Shown here piece after piece: positions 14,976 to 29,324 of a stretch of DNA of 64,000 bases; positions within the stretch are counted from its first letter, which is position 1, and each line of letters starts with the position of its first letter. The notes under the pieces were generated by a model. The model had not been told where the DNA came from, did no database searches, and saw only the letters and a list, made by a program, of their open reading frames with translations. Made by a program: the position numbers and the translations under genes. Origin of the DNA: Octopus vulgaris (taxonomy: Eukaryota); contig OX597818.1 of NCBI GenBank assembly GCA_951406725.2, forward strand, positions 85,374,001-85,438,000, read 5' to 3'.

Positions 14976-16229
14976 TACATACATACATGCACACAAACAT
15001 ATTCACACACACGAACATTTATATGCACACACATGAACATTCATACACACACACATATGAGCATTCATACACACACACGAATATTTATACACACACACAT
15101 ATGACCATATACAGATGCATACATATTCATTTATATAGATTCACAAACATACTGCTAATATTTATAGTCTAGCAACTGGGCACTCATATACATACACGCA
15201 TTAATCACATAACACACACATTCACAGTCAACATAAATTCCCTTTACATTTACACACATGCATCAAATACATATACATGCAAGTACATACACGCACACTC
15301 CATACACAATATTAAGTTAGTTCTTCATATTGAAATGCCAAAGACAGCAAGGATAATCTTTTCTTAAAAAGAAAAAGTAGGAAATGAATCCAATGAAAGT
15401 GGGTGTGGTAGGAGCTAGTGGTAGTGGTGTTGATGTTGGTAGTGGTGGTGTTTGCGATGGTGGTGGTAGTGATGAAGGTGTAGTAGGCACAAGATGAACT
15501 ACATGTGATTCTGCCATTTTAATTGCTCTAGGGTGTGTGTGTGTTGATGAAGAGAGAGTGAGAGAGAGAGGGGGAAAGAGAGGGAGAGAGAGAGGGAATC
15601 TGTTTCAGTGCTGGTGTGGAAAGTCCTAGGATTTGGTTTTGTGGTGTGTGTGTGTGTGTGCGTGTGTGCGCGCGCGTGCATGCATACCCTAAGTAAGGCA
15701 GTGTTTAAACATGTCTTGATATCAGAAAACCTGGATGGCCAGTTTAACTATTATGATATGCACAGTCTCACACACATATATATATGTATGTGTGTGTGTG
15801 TGTATGCTCATAATTTTAACATGTTTTTCATGCTGGTATAGGTTAGAGAGAAAGATGTATAAATGGATAGACAGATGGGTGGATACATAGACAGACTGAC
15901 TGACAGACAGACAGACAGACAGACAGATAGATAGATAGTGCACGTGTGCTTGTGTGTGTCTACATACATCTTATTCTTGTCTGATTTTCCTTAACAGTTT
16001 TCCTCCTTGAGAATCTATGAATTCCAGTAACAGACGCATGTCATTCTGTTTTAGTTTTAACTTCTTTCATTTTCTCCTTTAGTAGTTTACACTTGGACAC
16101 TCCATATGTCTGTATTGAGGCCTATAAACTCTGAGCTTTATGCACAATACATACTCCAGCACATATACACTTGCAAATATATTTGCATTCCATACTGCAT
16201 GTATACATTCCATTCACACCTTGTAGTAG

Positions 16230-16480
16230 AGGCACATGGCTTAGTGGTTGGAGTGTTGGACTCCTGATCATAAGATTGTGGTTTTGATTCCTGGACTGGG
16301 TGACACATTGAATTCTTGAGCAAAACACTTCATTTCACATTGCTCCAGTCCCTGCTGCTGGCAAAAATATGTAATCCTACAACAGACCAGCATCCCATCC
16401 AGGTGGGGAATTTATGCGCCATGGACTTGGAAACTGACCCTTATGAGTCAGTTTGACTTGAGAAGGTAAATTTACCTTTT
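16230..16480 (+). mobile_element. SINE family C
   Basis: GGCACATGGCTTAGTGGTTGGAGTGTTGGACTC..GTTTTGATTCC..TTCTTGAGCAAAACACTTCATTTCACATTGCTCCAGTCC. Confidence 0.85.
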
Positions 16481-16557
16481 TTATTTTATTCACACCTAGA
16501 TACATAAAAACTGATGTAAACATACACCTTACATTGAATTACAAATATTGCTCGACT

Positions 16558-16710
16558 GCAGGCATCTCTGTGTGGTTAAGAAGTTCGTTTTACAACCACA
16601 TGGTTTCAGGTTCAATCCCACTGCATGACAACCTGGTTGAACGCCTTCTGCTATAGCATCAGACCAAGCAATAGCTTCTGAGTTAATTTGGTAGACAGTG
16701 TTGAGAAGCA
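16558..16710 (+). mobile_element. SINE family B head
   Basis: TGTGTGGTTAAGAAGTTCGTTTTACAACCACATGGTTTCAGGTTCAATCCCACTG. Confidence 0.75.
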
Positions 16711-16724
16711 TATGAGTAGTTAGA

Positions 16725-17250
16725 TTAATCTTTTCATACCAACATACTCAACACTGTTCCTGTTTTATGGTAGAAACTTTCTGTTTTAAAGAGATCCAAT
16801 TTAAAACCATCTGTCAAATTTCTTTATAATTTTTCTTCTAAATAACATGATAATGACTTTATGAAATTCTTCATTAGTTTTTCAAAATTATTTGAAACAA
16901 GGGCAGTGACTTCCTATGGAAGTATGGTAACGAAAGGGTTAAAGTAATCTAAATTAAAACCTGCTGAAAATATTATTTTACAAAATTCTTTGTGATTTTC
17001 CATAATCAAGACAGCGAATTTCAAAAGAAGTTTGGTAACAAAAGTATTAAAGTGATCTAAATTAAAGCCCGCTGTAAAAATGTTTTGTTCTAAATACCAA
17101 CATAACAAGAAAAATATTTTACAAAATTCCTCATTATCTTTCATAATTAATTGAAACAAAGGCAGTGAATTTCTACAGACGTATGGTAACAAAAGTGATC
17201 TAAAACACACGCAGTGTATTTCAACAGAAATATGGTTACAAATGGGTTGA
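16725..17250. mobile_element. piggyBac-like MITE E with a tandemly reiterated right end
   Basis: GGTAACRAAAG-type termini at ~16927, 17035, 17185 and 17234, with repeated internal modules. Confidence 0.75.
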
Positions 17251-17894
17251 TACTCTTTATTACTTGATAAACTTCAATCTTTGTCCATTAACTTAGATAA
17301 TGGCAGCAATATATCTGGAATTGTAACAGACCCCTGGCAGATGATTCTTTTGTTTTTTTAAATGCTTATATGTAGTTATATTTTTGGTTGCCATGGTTTT
17401 GGTTATAACAGTTTGAGGGTTCTGGTGGATTGGATGTGGAAAGATAATGCTCATATCCTTTCCAGGCCTTTTGTGGCATGGTAGATGTTGATAGCAATGG
17501 TTGTGTTTAGTTCAAGTCAATAAGTCAACCTGATTCCATCTGACCTATGGTCAAAGTTCTTCCAGCCAGCCAGCTATAATCCTTGTACCTTTTACACATA
17601 CATATTGTATCTAGTTTTACATTATGCAATGTCTCTGTTTTCTTTAAAAAGAATAAGAGAGCAAAAAAGACAGCTGTAGTGGTAGTGGTGGTGGTGGTGG
17701 TGATGATCATGGTGGTAGTGGTGGCAGTGGTTGACATAGTCGTGATGGTGATGTCAGCAATGATTGTTGAGGTGGTGGTGTGTTAGCAGTGGTGACAATG
17801 GCAGTGATGGTAGTAGTGGTGGTGATGACTGCAGAAGTGGTGATGGTGGCAGTGGTCGTTGTGTCTGTAATGGAACTGGTGTTTGTGGTGTTGG

Positions 17895-17925
<31 letters not shown>

Positions 17926-18568
17926 GGTTCTCATCATCGTACCTGCAATGGTGAGAATCATTAATGCTGTAGAAACAGCGACACATGTCACTCTTTGAGT
18001 TAGGAAGCAGGTGTACAGTAGCAAATTAAAGATCGGTTTTTATGGATGTTGCTGAGATGTTTGATCTGCTGTTCTGGTGCCATTTCCCTCCAAGAGTTCT
18101 TGACTCTTGGAGATAAATAGAAAACAAAAGAAAACAATGAGGAGTTAGAGATGGTGGGAGTGTTATAAGGTGGGAAGGAGGAGAAGGAGAAGAAGAAGGA
18201 AGTGAAGTAGTTGATGTACAGAAGATAGAAAGGGAGAGCAAGTGACATCAATGTAGAAGTAGAAGTATTAGAGATAGATTGAAAGATTAACAAGAGAAAA
18301 AGCATAGGTAGACAGACAGGCAGACAGACAGATATATTGATTGATGGACAGACAGATAGATAGGTAGGTAAATATATAAACAGACAAACAGAAGAATAGA
18401 AAAGAGTGAGTGAATAGAGACAGACAGACAGACAGGCGAACCAATGGACAACAAGAGATGTGTAGACACATCATTAATATTTTCTCTCTGCATCCATCCA
18501 AAACATCTGCCTACTTGTAGCTGTTTTACCTTAATTGACTTTATAGAACTTTTAACATTTGATACTAC

Positions 18569-18644
<76 letters not shown>

Positions 18645-18919
18645 TCACTCACACATTCTCTTTTTGAGAATCACTCATCATAATGTCTTTTGGAGAGAGA
18701 TCTATTGCTAGAAAGTAAAGGATTTTTTCTTTTCTTTCTCTACTTTCTTATTCTTCTTGACTTCACACTTCTTTTAATTAACCACAAAATTATATGAAGA
18801 CACCAAACCCAACAGCACCCAACTGTCATGATTCGAAAGAAGCAATACTTAAAAATAATAACAATAATATTAGTAACAATGATGATGATAGTAGTAATTA
18901 GAAAATCGTAATGGTGATA

Positions 18920-19345
18920 ATAATTCCTTCTGCATTGAGCTCAAGGCTTAGAATTTAGTGGGAAAGGAGGCTAGTCAATTACATCAACCCCAGTACTTAA
19001 CTGGTACTTATTTTATTGATTCAGAAAGGTTGGAAGCAAAGTCAACCTTAGCAGAATTTGAACTCAGAATGTAAAGACTGATGAAATACTTCTAAGCATT
19101 TTGCCCAATATGCTAATGATTCTGCCAGCTTACCAACTTAATCCTTTCTATTAAAGGTATATGGCTTGAAATTTTAGGGGAAGGGACATGTCAAATACAT
19201 CGACCCCAGTGTTTCACTGGTACTTAATTTATCAACCCTGAAAGCATGTATGGCAAAGTCAACCCTGGTGGAATTTGAACTCAGATGAAGTGCTGCTAAG
19301 CATTTTACCCTGCATACTAACAATTCTGCCAGTTTGCCACCTTTC
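18920..19345 (-). mobile_element. Two tandem SINE A copies
   Basis: Reverse complement core CTGGTACTTA..TTATCAACCC..AAAGTCAACC..GAATTTGAACTCAGA..TCTGCCAG occurs twice, flanked by (AAT)n. Confidence 0.85.
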
Positions 19346-22074
19346 TCAACTTAATAATAACAATAATAATAATTGTAATATTACTATAATGGTTGTAATG
19401 ATGATGTCAAACTTGAACTTTTGTATATTTCTTTTGTTTTGTTTTGTTTTTTCCTAATCACAGTGAATTTCCAATCACCTTCACAATACACAAATAGTCA
19501 ATTAGATTTCTTGACATCATCAGAAATCCTCAAATAATTAAATTTTTGTAGTTTATTCATTTATTTATTTTTTTGATGAGGGTGTCCATCCAAGTTTCAA
19601 CCCCCAACACCTTTCTTATTCTCCAGTTCACATTACACAACAAAATGTCTAGCTCAGATGTCAGCAGTGAGTTTTGAAAAAAATGAATAAAATGGACAAA
19701 AGAAGGTACAAAAACAAAAAAAAAGTAAAAATAAAAAAAAGGACCTAATAAAAAGGAAAGAAGGAAAAGAAAGAGGACTGGAAGATTTGGTGGATGAACT
19801 TGGTGATTGCTTAATAAAAAGCTAATGAATGTGTTGCTCCTTGTTTAGTGACAGCCTCATCATCATCATTATTGCCATGATCATCACTATCATCATCATC
19901 ATGTGCATTATGCATGTATCATTATCACCACCTTCATCATCATTATTACCAACATTACCATCATCATCATTATCATCGTTGTTATCACTTTTTAATGTTA
20001 AGTTATTTTGTACTTTTAGTGGAGAGTGGTTGTTATTTTTATATGCACACATACTCTCATATTTTATAAGCACACATACTCTCTTTTTATATGCACACAT
20101 ATTCATAAACACAACACACTCTCACACACACAAACACATAGATATGCTTGTAACCATATGTATAGTTTATAAGTACATGCATAAATACACACACACACAA
20201 ACATATGTTCACTCCCACATATATACACATCATCATCGTAATTATTATTTTACCTCCACTTTTCCATGCTGGTATGAGAATTGAATAGATGATCAAAGAC
20301 GGAGTCAGATATTCAGTCACCACTGTCTTAGATAGGTCTGAATCCATACCTTATTCATTCATTTTATTTTGGCATATTGTCTATATAAGGCAATGATCTG
20401 GCAGAGTCTTTAACATGTCTGACAAAATGCTTAGTTGCATATCTTCCTATGCTTTATGTTTTGAATTCAGATCCTGCCAAGGTCAACTGTGCCTTTCATG
20501 CCTGATAGAAAATAAAGTACCCAGTCATGTACTGGGTTCCATATCTTTCAGTGTTTTATGTTCTGAATTCAGATCCTGTGAAAGTATCTGAATTGTGTTC
20601 TGGGTCACTTGTATGCCCTGGAAACTGGGTAACTGGCCTAATGAATCCTTGGGCTCAAGAACAAACGAGTTTTTTTTTATAGTTGGAGATCCTTCTAAAC
20701 AGCAACTACTCTACAAAATGAATTTGGTGAATTTTGTGATGGCAACCAGCACCAGAAAGATTTTTACGTCCCCAACAAAACTGAGTCCAGATTGTTCATT
20801 TGCAAATCCCTTTATACTTTATGGAGTGATCTGGATGTGGTTTATTATGGTAAACAGCACCAAAGAAGTGGTAAAGTGCACTGCAAGGCAATTTACTCCT
20901 CTCTGTCCTTTTTTATCTTTGTTCATTTGCCAACCAATCACTTTAAACTTTACAGAGTGAACTGGTTGCAGTTTTTCATGGCACCATCACTAGAAAGGTA
21001 GTAATACCCCCAGCGAAATTAAGTTATCTGTTTATTTTCAAATCACTTTATGGAGTGGGATGGCTACAATTTATTGTGGCACCAGTACCAGAGAAGTAAT
21101 CAGGCTCACAGCAAGACTAAAGATTCTTCTCTGTCCTGTTTTAGCTCCATTCAGTTGCCAATCATATTATTCATTACAGAGTGAACTGGGAAGCTGTGTC
21201 TTCAGCACTAAAGACTAGTTTCCACATCCTCAGACAGGTATATACTTAGATAAAGGTTGAAAGTGAAAGAGAAATAAAGATGAAATAGTTTGAGAAAGAA
21301 TGCTTTACTCTGCTTGTCTCTTCTTGCTCTTTTGCCTCTCTTGTCTCTCTCTCCCTATCTCCTTTAGTTCTGGCACCTCTCTGAAGACCTTCCCATTTAG
21401 TGGTCTTCACCTGTTGTTGTTGAAGAGCTTGTTATGTGTATTTATACCCTCCCTCTAACCTTGCTGTTGTTACCACCACGTGAATGAAGAACCTGAACTT
21501 TTGCATCTCCACCTTTTAATGAAAACGAGGCAACAATTGACACAGTTTACCTTTCAGTCTCTTTAACAAAAAACTTGCATTGGTGGCAGAGGAGGTTGTG
21601 ATGGCACTGTGGCTGTAGGGGGGAGGTTGAAGTAATTAATTAATGAAAAGAAAAGAAAAAGATTGGGAAAGAAAATGAATGAATAAAAAGGAAATAACAA
21701 GAAGTTAATTTATTATTCATAATTTACTCCGTTAGTTTTCCCTTCATCTTTGTGGTTTTGTATATATATATATATATTATATTTGTTTCCTTTTCATTAT
21801 TCTGTTTTACTTTGCTTCTCTCTCTTCATATTTATCTTTGTAGGAATTTTGCTGGAATGATTAAACTGCAGCAGTTTTTACTTTATTTTTGGGATTCTTT
21901 CTTAATTTATTTTGTTTTTTCTTGAGTTTGTTAAGAGCGTATGAATGAAACAAGCTGCTCTACCGAAGTGCATAGTTAATTAGGTGCCAGACTTGAAGTA
22001 GCTAATTAAATACCTGTTGGTATATTAAAACATGGATACATGCATATGTAGCTGTTTTTTAACACATGTGCTGC

Positions 22075-22113
<39 letters not shown>

Positions 22114-22187
22114 GTTTAAAAATCTAAAATACAAATATACATAGATATACCTGCATGAATATATGCTCTTTCATATATGCATGTGTC

Positions 22188-22226
<39 letters not shown>

Positions 22227-22529
22227 GTAAATACATGAATGTGCTCTCACATATTTATATTCACACACATGCACTTAAACAGCTTATCAACAGAATGCAT
22301 ATCTTTGTACTGAGATACATAATATATAATTGCATACAAATAAGATACTTCTACGCAAATAAACTCACTCTTCCTTTTCTCACACAGACATGCACACTCT
22401 TATAAACACTCATACACTTATAGACACCCACATGTACACTTACAGACATTCACATGTGCACTTGACTATCTGAGATCTTGAAATATACTTGCAGTGTACA
22501 GAGAACATATGTACTCCTCCCTCTTCTTC

Positions 22530-22680
22530 ATCTCTCCAGGCATCCTTCTCTGTCCACTATTCTAGAGAAGGCCATAGAAGTAAATGGATTCCAAGTGTGA
22601 CTAACAGGGAACTATGGATATTATCCAACCATCTCATTCTTGGTCTACCTCTGAGTCTCCTGTTGGTTGGCTCAGCCTAC
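22530..22680 (-). pseudogene. RTE-clade LINE 3' remnant (homology to ~22700)
   Basis: Minus-strand translation RIARWIL*AEPTNRRLRGRPRMRWLDNI fits the RTE C-terminal R.RGRPR.RW.D motif and matches 50620-50700. Confidence 0.75.
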
Positions 22681-22936
22681 AGAATCCATCTTGCAATTCT
22701 TCACTGACTTTTCAATGCTAAGTAGTGGTGGCTCAATCTGGAGCGCCAAACTAGGCACAATGCTGAGTAACATTACTCCAGAAATCCTCCAGAGGACCCC
22801 CATTTTTGGTTGGTTGTATTTGGAATTGTACTCTTTCAGTCTTTACCTGACATTTATGATCATAGATGAGGACAGGTACTTGAATTGGAGACAGCAAAGT
22901 TTTTTTGGGGTTTTTTTCCATCAATGACGATAGATG

Positions 22937-23600
22937 CTGACACAGCTATGAGGTTAAGGAGTTTACTTTCTAGCCACATGCTTCTGGGTTCTGTCCCATT
23001 GTGTGTCACCTTGGGCAAGAATCTTCTACTATAGCTGTGGGTCAACCAAAGCCTTGTGAGTGGATTTAGTTGACAGAAACCGAAAAATGCCAATTGTCTG
23101 TATGCATACACACACCCACACATAATGTATGTATGCATGTGTGTGTTACTGTCACTTTGTCTTTGCTTCATATGATAGTTGTAAACAAATGTTACTGGCA
23201 TTCAAGTTATGTCCTTTGTTTCCAATTTTCTGTGTAAACCTGTAGGGTCATGGATCCTTATTTGGAAATCGGTAAAGGTTGGTGACAGGAAGGGCATCAA
23301 GTTGTAGAAGATCCACCTCAGCAAATTCCCTCTGATGTGTATATATGAATTTGTATGTGTGTATGTATGTATGTGTATGTATATGTATGTGTGTCTTTGT
23401 GTTAGTTAAACCCCACCCTACTGCTTGACAACTGGTGTTGCTTTGTTTATATCCCCATTATCTAGTTGTTCAGCAAAAGAAATCTAGAGAATAAGAACCT
23501 GACTTTAAACAAAAACAAAAGAAATATAATTACTGAGGTCAATTTGTTTCACTAAAACCATTCAAGGCTATGGCCACAGTTCAGTGGCTGAAAAAAACAA
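22937..23600 (+). mobile_element. Composite SINE B (B head, D-type tail, B tail)
   Basis: CCACATGCTTCTGGGTTCTGTCCCATTG..CACCTTGGGCAAG head; GACAGGAAGGGCATC at ~23285; CAGCAAAAGA..AGAATAAG tail. Confidence 0.75.
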
Positions 23601-24288
23601 AACCTATGTCTGATGATAATATTGGGTGTAGTTGTGTGAAGTAGATTGGTGGGATTGTCAGATTCAGATGAGACATTTGTACTTGGAATTTTGCCTAGGC
23701 TAAAATCTCCTTATACTATGACTGAGGGAAGACATCAAGACAGACCATAGCAGATAATGGCATGATATCTCTCTGCCACATCTCAACACAGCCTTAGATC
23801 TGAAGGGCCAAGTATTGTTGGGATATTGAACTTCAGTCTCTTCCTTCATATTAATAAAACTGGTGGGGGAAACAGCCTGAGGGTTTCAGTGACCTTTTTG
23901 GAAATATATTCTGCAATGAGGAAATGCAGTCAGCAAAGTGAGCCTGTAACCGTGTGTGTGTGTGTTTGTTTGTTTGTATTTGTGTGTGTTTGTGGTGTGT
24001 GCTGCATAATCTTATGTGTATGTACCTATATTGGTGTGTGTATTCATGTATGTGTATAGGAATCATGGTTAATATTTCTTAGGTTAATATGATTGTTTAT
24101 TGCTACGGAGAGAAATTTTGTGTGTGTGTGTGTGTGCATGTATGTATAATATACACACACATGCAACCTTTACTCTTTCTCTGCTTTCTTCCATGCATAT
24201 ACACATACACATGCATGTCTTATTCTTTCTCTCTTTCCTTCCATATATTTACACATACAGTCTCTCTTCCCCCCCTCTCTCTCTCTCT

Positions 24289-24343
<55 letters not shown>

Positions 24344-25514
24344 TGCATGCATGCACACACACACATCTAGTTATCTATCTAGCTATCTGAGATATATATT
24401 AGACAACATACATCAATTCACACATACCAACATATGCATTATTTATTTGCACATGCACCCACAAACCTGCACGCAAATCTAAGCTACAGAATAAAAATTG
24501 GTCAGTTCCCTTGTTTTGAGTGGAAGTGTATGTATATGTCGATAGAATTTTTTTTATTTTTTTATTCTTTTTGCATGTGCAATATCTAAATTACACCAGA
24601 TACATACCTATGATTGGATTTATATCCTCCAGCAATTCTATGATTAGCCCTTCCTCCCTCTCCACCCACTTCCTTGCCAAATATTGCATGCACGTTAAAA
24701 GGGTGCAATTTGCCAAATGTTCTTTGATTCATCCTGATTGACCTAGCATGGAATATTGAATAAAGCGAAAGCTCTGCCGCATTATTCTGGATCAACGAGA
24801 GGAACACAGAAGACAGCTGTTGTTTGGTGTTCTAACTACTGGGGCTCTTTTGAAAAGGGAACTTAAGGCCAGAGTTGAATTGTAAGCATACCCACCACCA
24901 CCATCACATACAAATGCACACAAACACACACATACACACACCCTTAGACCCTCACCTTTCTTTTTCATTTGTGGTGTGCTGCAAATCCTGCAATTACCCA
25001 GACCTTTTATGCACTTGATCTGACATCTTTATATGTGATCCTTTAACGCCGTGTGTTCGGAATTATCCATTTCCGACCAATATTCACAGTGATGATGCTG
25101 ATGTCGTTGGGGAATAGTGATGGTTATGCTAATAATGGTAATGATGATCGTGTTGGTGGTGGTGGTCGTGGTGATTATGATGATGATGAAAACAATGGTG
25201 ACAACTGGTGGTGATGATGATGATGATTGTAGCAATGATGACAATGGTAATAGTTGTGGTACTGATGATGGTGATGATGACAGTAGTGGTGATGAGGATG
25301 ATGATGATGATGATGTTAAGAATGATGGCGACATGCCTGATTCCATTGTCAAGATTGTATCATTTGCTGGTGTCAAGCATATTGGAAATAACAGCAGTTG
25401 CTACAGTACTGATGGTGGTAACTGTGCTGTTGTTGTTATTTAACCCAGGTCAGCACCGATTCAGCAGATACATAATGAAAGACATACCTTTTGCAACTGT
25501 CTCTCTCTTTCTCT

Positions 25515-25900
25515 TTTACTCTTTTACTTGCTTCAGTCATTTGATTGTGGCCTTGCTGGGGCACTGCCTTTAGTTGAGCAAATCGACCCCAGGACTTATT
25601 CTTTGTAAGCCTAGTACTTATTCTATCCGTCTCTTTTATCAAACCGCTAAGTTACGGGGACATAAACACACCACCATCAGTTGTTGAGTGATGTTGGGGG
25701 AACAAACACAGACACACAAACATAAACACATACATATATATGACGGGCTTCTTTTAGTTTCCGTCTACCAAATCCACTCACAAGGCTTTTGTTGGCCCGA
25801 GGCTATAGTAGAAGATAATTGCCCAAGGTGCCATGCTGTGGGAATGAACCCAGAACCGTCTTGTTGGTAAGTAAGCTACTTACTACACAACCACTCCTGC
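25515..25900 (-). mobile_element. Full-length SINE family B, well preserved
   Basis: Reverse complement of 10735-11150 with CpGs retained (AAACCGCTAAGTTACGGGGAC; GACGGGCTTC..TTCCGTCTACCAAATCCACTCACAAGGCTT). Confidence 0.9.
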
Positions 25901-27859
25901 GCCTATATTTTTTTTTTATTGTAATGTGCTGTAGGAATCTCGGGACTATATTAGTCAATGTATCTTTTTCTAAGCTGGCATCTTTCATTTGTTTTAATCA
26001 TTCGACTGTGGATTTGCTGGAACACCAACTTGAAGAGATTTTAGTCAAACAAATTGACCCCAGTAATTATTTTTCAAGTCTGGCACTTATTCTATTAGTC
26101 TCTTTTTGCTGAAACACTAAGTTATGGTGAAGTAAACAGCAACACTGGTTGTCAAGTGGTGACACCTTGAAATTTTGTCGTTGCGAAGCAAATTTCTTAC
26201 CCACATGACAATACTTGCACCAGCACTGTCACAACAATCACCATTGCCAATCACCCCTAAAGTTGCCAGTACCCCTATGACAAATCAATTTGGTTATATA
26301 ATCTTAATCTGCCAGAAATTAAGCCAATTCTCTAAATCTCACTAAAGTCCACTATTCTTTTTATATCTCCAGGGACTAGGGCAGATAAAATAAGTACTAT
26401 TCTTAGAGTAGGTATCAGGAGCAATTGAAAATAAATGAACTTTCCCCCATATGTTTGTGCCCATCATCCTATATATAGACAAATTTCTTCATTGTTATCG
26501 GTACTGGATGGCAGAATCAGTAGAATGTTGAACTTGGTGGTATTTAGTGACATTCATTTCCCTATGTTCTGTGTTCAAATCTTCTGTTTGTTAGTTTTGT
26601 CTTTCATCTATCTGAAATCAATAAAACCTGCAGCAGACTACAAGTATCAGTATTGATATTATTGGTTGTACCCTTGAAGGCAGCATCCTGACATTAACCA
26701 TATTCCTGTGATTCCATCCAGTACAAGATTGGAAAAAAAAAAAAAAAAAAAATTACCATTTTTATTTTCAGCAACAAATGTACAAAGTGAGTACATTGTT
26801 GGGGTTGTATGCTGAAATCGCATGTTAAGTAAAAGACAGATGTGTGGTGATGGTGCTGATAATGACAGTGATGATGATGATGAAAGATGATGGGTGGATC
26901 AAATGATTCTTGAATTCTTACAGGTTGCAATGGTGGTGGTAGTGGTGGTGGGGGTGTTATGTGGTGCTGGGATGGTATGGTTTGGAAAAGAGTAAGATGA
27001 GACTGTAAAAGCGTTGGTTAAAGATTAGAGATGAAACATAACAATAACAAGACAGACAGCATTATCGCAATTAATGAAGAAAGCTTCGGTATCATGTGAC
27101 CAAGGTTAAGGAGGTGATGACCCAATTACTTCTCAATCACCACCAACATGATCATTACAATCTATCTTTACAGTACCCTCACCCCACCATCACTACTACA
27201 ACCACCACCACAACCTCCACTGTCATCAGCACCATCACCACCACAACCTCCACTGTCATCAGTACCATCACCACCACAGCAACAGCAACAACCTCAACAA
27301 CAATCACTGCAACTACCACCACAACCGCAACAACAAGCACTGCAGCTACTACTACTACTACCACCAACAACAACAACAAGCCCCACAACTACCACCATCA
27401 TCACAATAATCATCATTACAATCTCGCTTTACTGCTAATATCACCACCATCATGACCTCTTCCACAAAAACTACCATCGTCACCCCTTCCCCCTAAATCA
27501 ATACATGACATAAAAATCTATCAAGTGTTACAAAAGTCACTAATGGTTCGGTTAGGTATCGTACAGCAGATGCTGTGACAGTTCTTGCAGAGCTCAATAT
27601 CTCAACATCTACTGAAACATGCATGCATGCATGTATGTATGTTATGTATAAACATGTGTATGTATGCATGGCACCGGTGGGTATAGTGAAGCTGGCTATG
27701 AATACACACAGAAATACTACAAAGAAATGGCATACGAGATGGTGTTCACTTTTCTTTCTTGTTAAAATAAATCCTCCTAATATCTCATAAGAGTTTTAGT
27801 CATAGATTGCTTAATATAGTTTTATTAGTAGTCTCATAATACACCTCCTATACTGAGAA

Positions 27860-27918
<59 letters not shown>

Positions 27919-28485
27919 TTAGTGTATATGTGCAAAAATTGACATCTGCCTATGTACATACATACACACACTTGCATACTTCATTGTCATCATTAAATAG
28001 AAGACAGGTGCGCATATGGCTTTGTGGTAAGAATTTTAATTCCCAACTATATGGTTTTGTGTTCAGTCTCACTGCATGGCACCTTGGCAAAATATCTCCT
28101 ATTATAGCCCTGGGGCAACCAAAGCCTTATAAGCTGATCTATCACATATGTTTATGTATAGATAGATAGATGTATACATACATCTCTTTGAGATAAAATC
28201 AAGATCTTAGTTTTATCTTGAAGAGTTCAGTTAAATGAATGTAAGTGCTAATAAAGAATTATTCAAAATTCTGACTGCTTCCTTTTTCTTAATATTCAAT
28301 ATTTGTACATCACCTCAAATATATACAGCTACAATACAGAATGATGATGGACTATAACCTCAGACTCTGCCACAAAAATAAACTGTTCTTTACTAATGTA
28401 AAAAATATTGTTAGCCTGGTGTGTTAACAGATAGCTTATAAAGTATTTTGCCTGGATTGTTAATCCCTAATTAATAATTCTTTGT

Positions 28486-28523
<38 letters not shown>

Positions 28524-29168
28524 AGGCTATATGAAAATATTACCTTGGTAGGAAACAGGTGAGGGTTGGCAACAGGAAAGGCATCTGGTCATTGACTGTG
28601 TGGCTCAATAGACTCTGTCCATCCCTTACAAGATTGGAGAAGTGAACGTTAAAATGATAATGATTTTATGTATATGTGTGTGTTTAAGTATGGACATTAT
28701 GACATGTGTAACATTGAGTATGAATGTATATGTGTATATCCTATAGCCGAAGAGAAGATAAATTGTAAGACAAAATAATAAACCATGTCTAAATTGAAAA
28801 GCAAAAAATTCTAATAAATCACTGACAATTATTTTTGTTTACTTTTGATTTTTATCTTCACATATTTTTGATAATTGGTCAATTTTTTGCATAAAGGATG
28901 AAAGAAAAATACATAAAATATAATTCTTAATCTTAAAATACTTGACAATAATGATTGTCTGTTGACTTGAAACTTGTCTTTTACACAAAATTTCTGGAAC
29001 ATATCGTGTCTCTCTCTTTCTCTCCTTCTCTCTCTCCTTTTTCTCCCTTTCTTTCTTACACTTTCTCTCTCTCTCTCTCACACACTTTCTCTCACACTCA
29101 CACTTTCTCTCTCTCTCCCTCTTTCTTTCTTTCCCTAGTGATGGTGGGGGATAAACACATGCACATTG

Positions 29169-29203
<35 letters not shown>

Positions 29204-29324
29204 GGGCTATCTACCAAATTCAGTCACAAGGTATTAGTTGACCAGAGTCTATAGTAGAAGATACATACCCAAGATGCCATGATGTGTGACTGCCACCTCC
29301 CCCACCAAAAAAAAAGGTTTATTG

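Noticed and set aside
21800-21945. + strand exon after the strong acceptor TTTGTAG at 21843
   Set aside because: Downstream sequence is T-rich low complexity with no good donor or recognisable peptide.
25022-25105. C/D-box snoRNA
   Set aside because: A CTGA and terminal stem exist, but there is no RTGATGA C box near the 5' stem.
25029-25573. Asp-, Met- and Ser-rich ORFs resembling acidic proteins
   Set aside because: (GAT/GGT)n microsatellite open in several frames on both strands.
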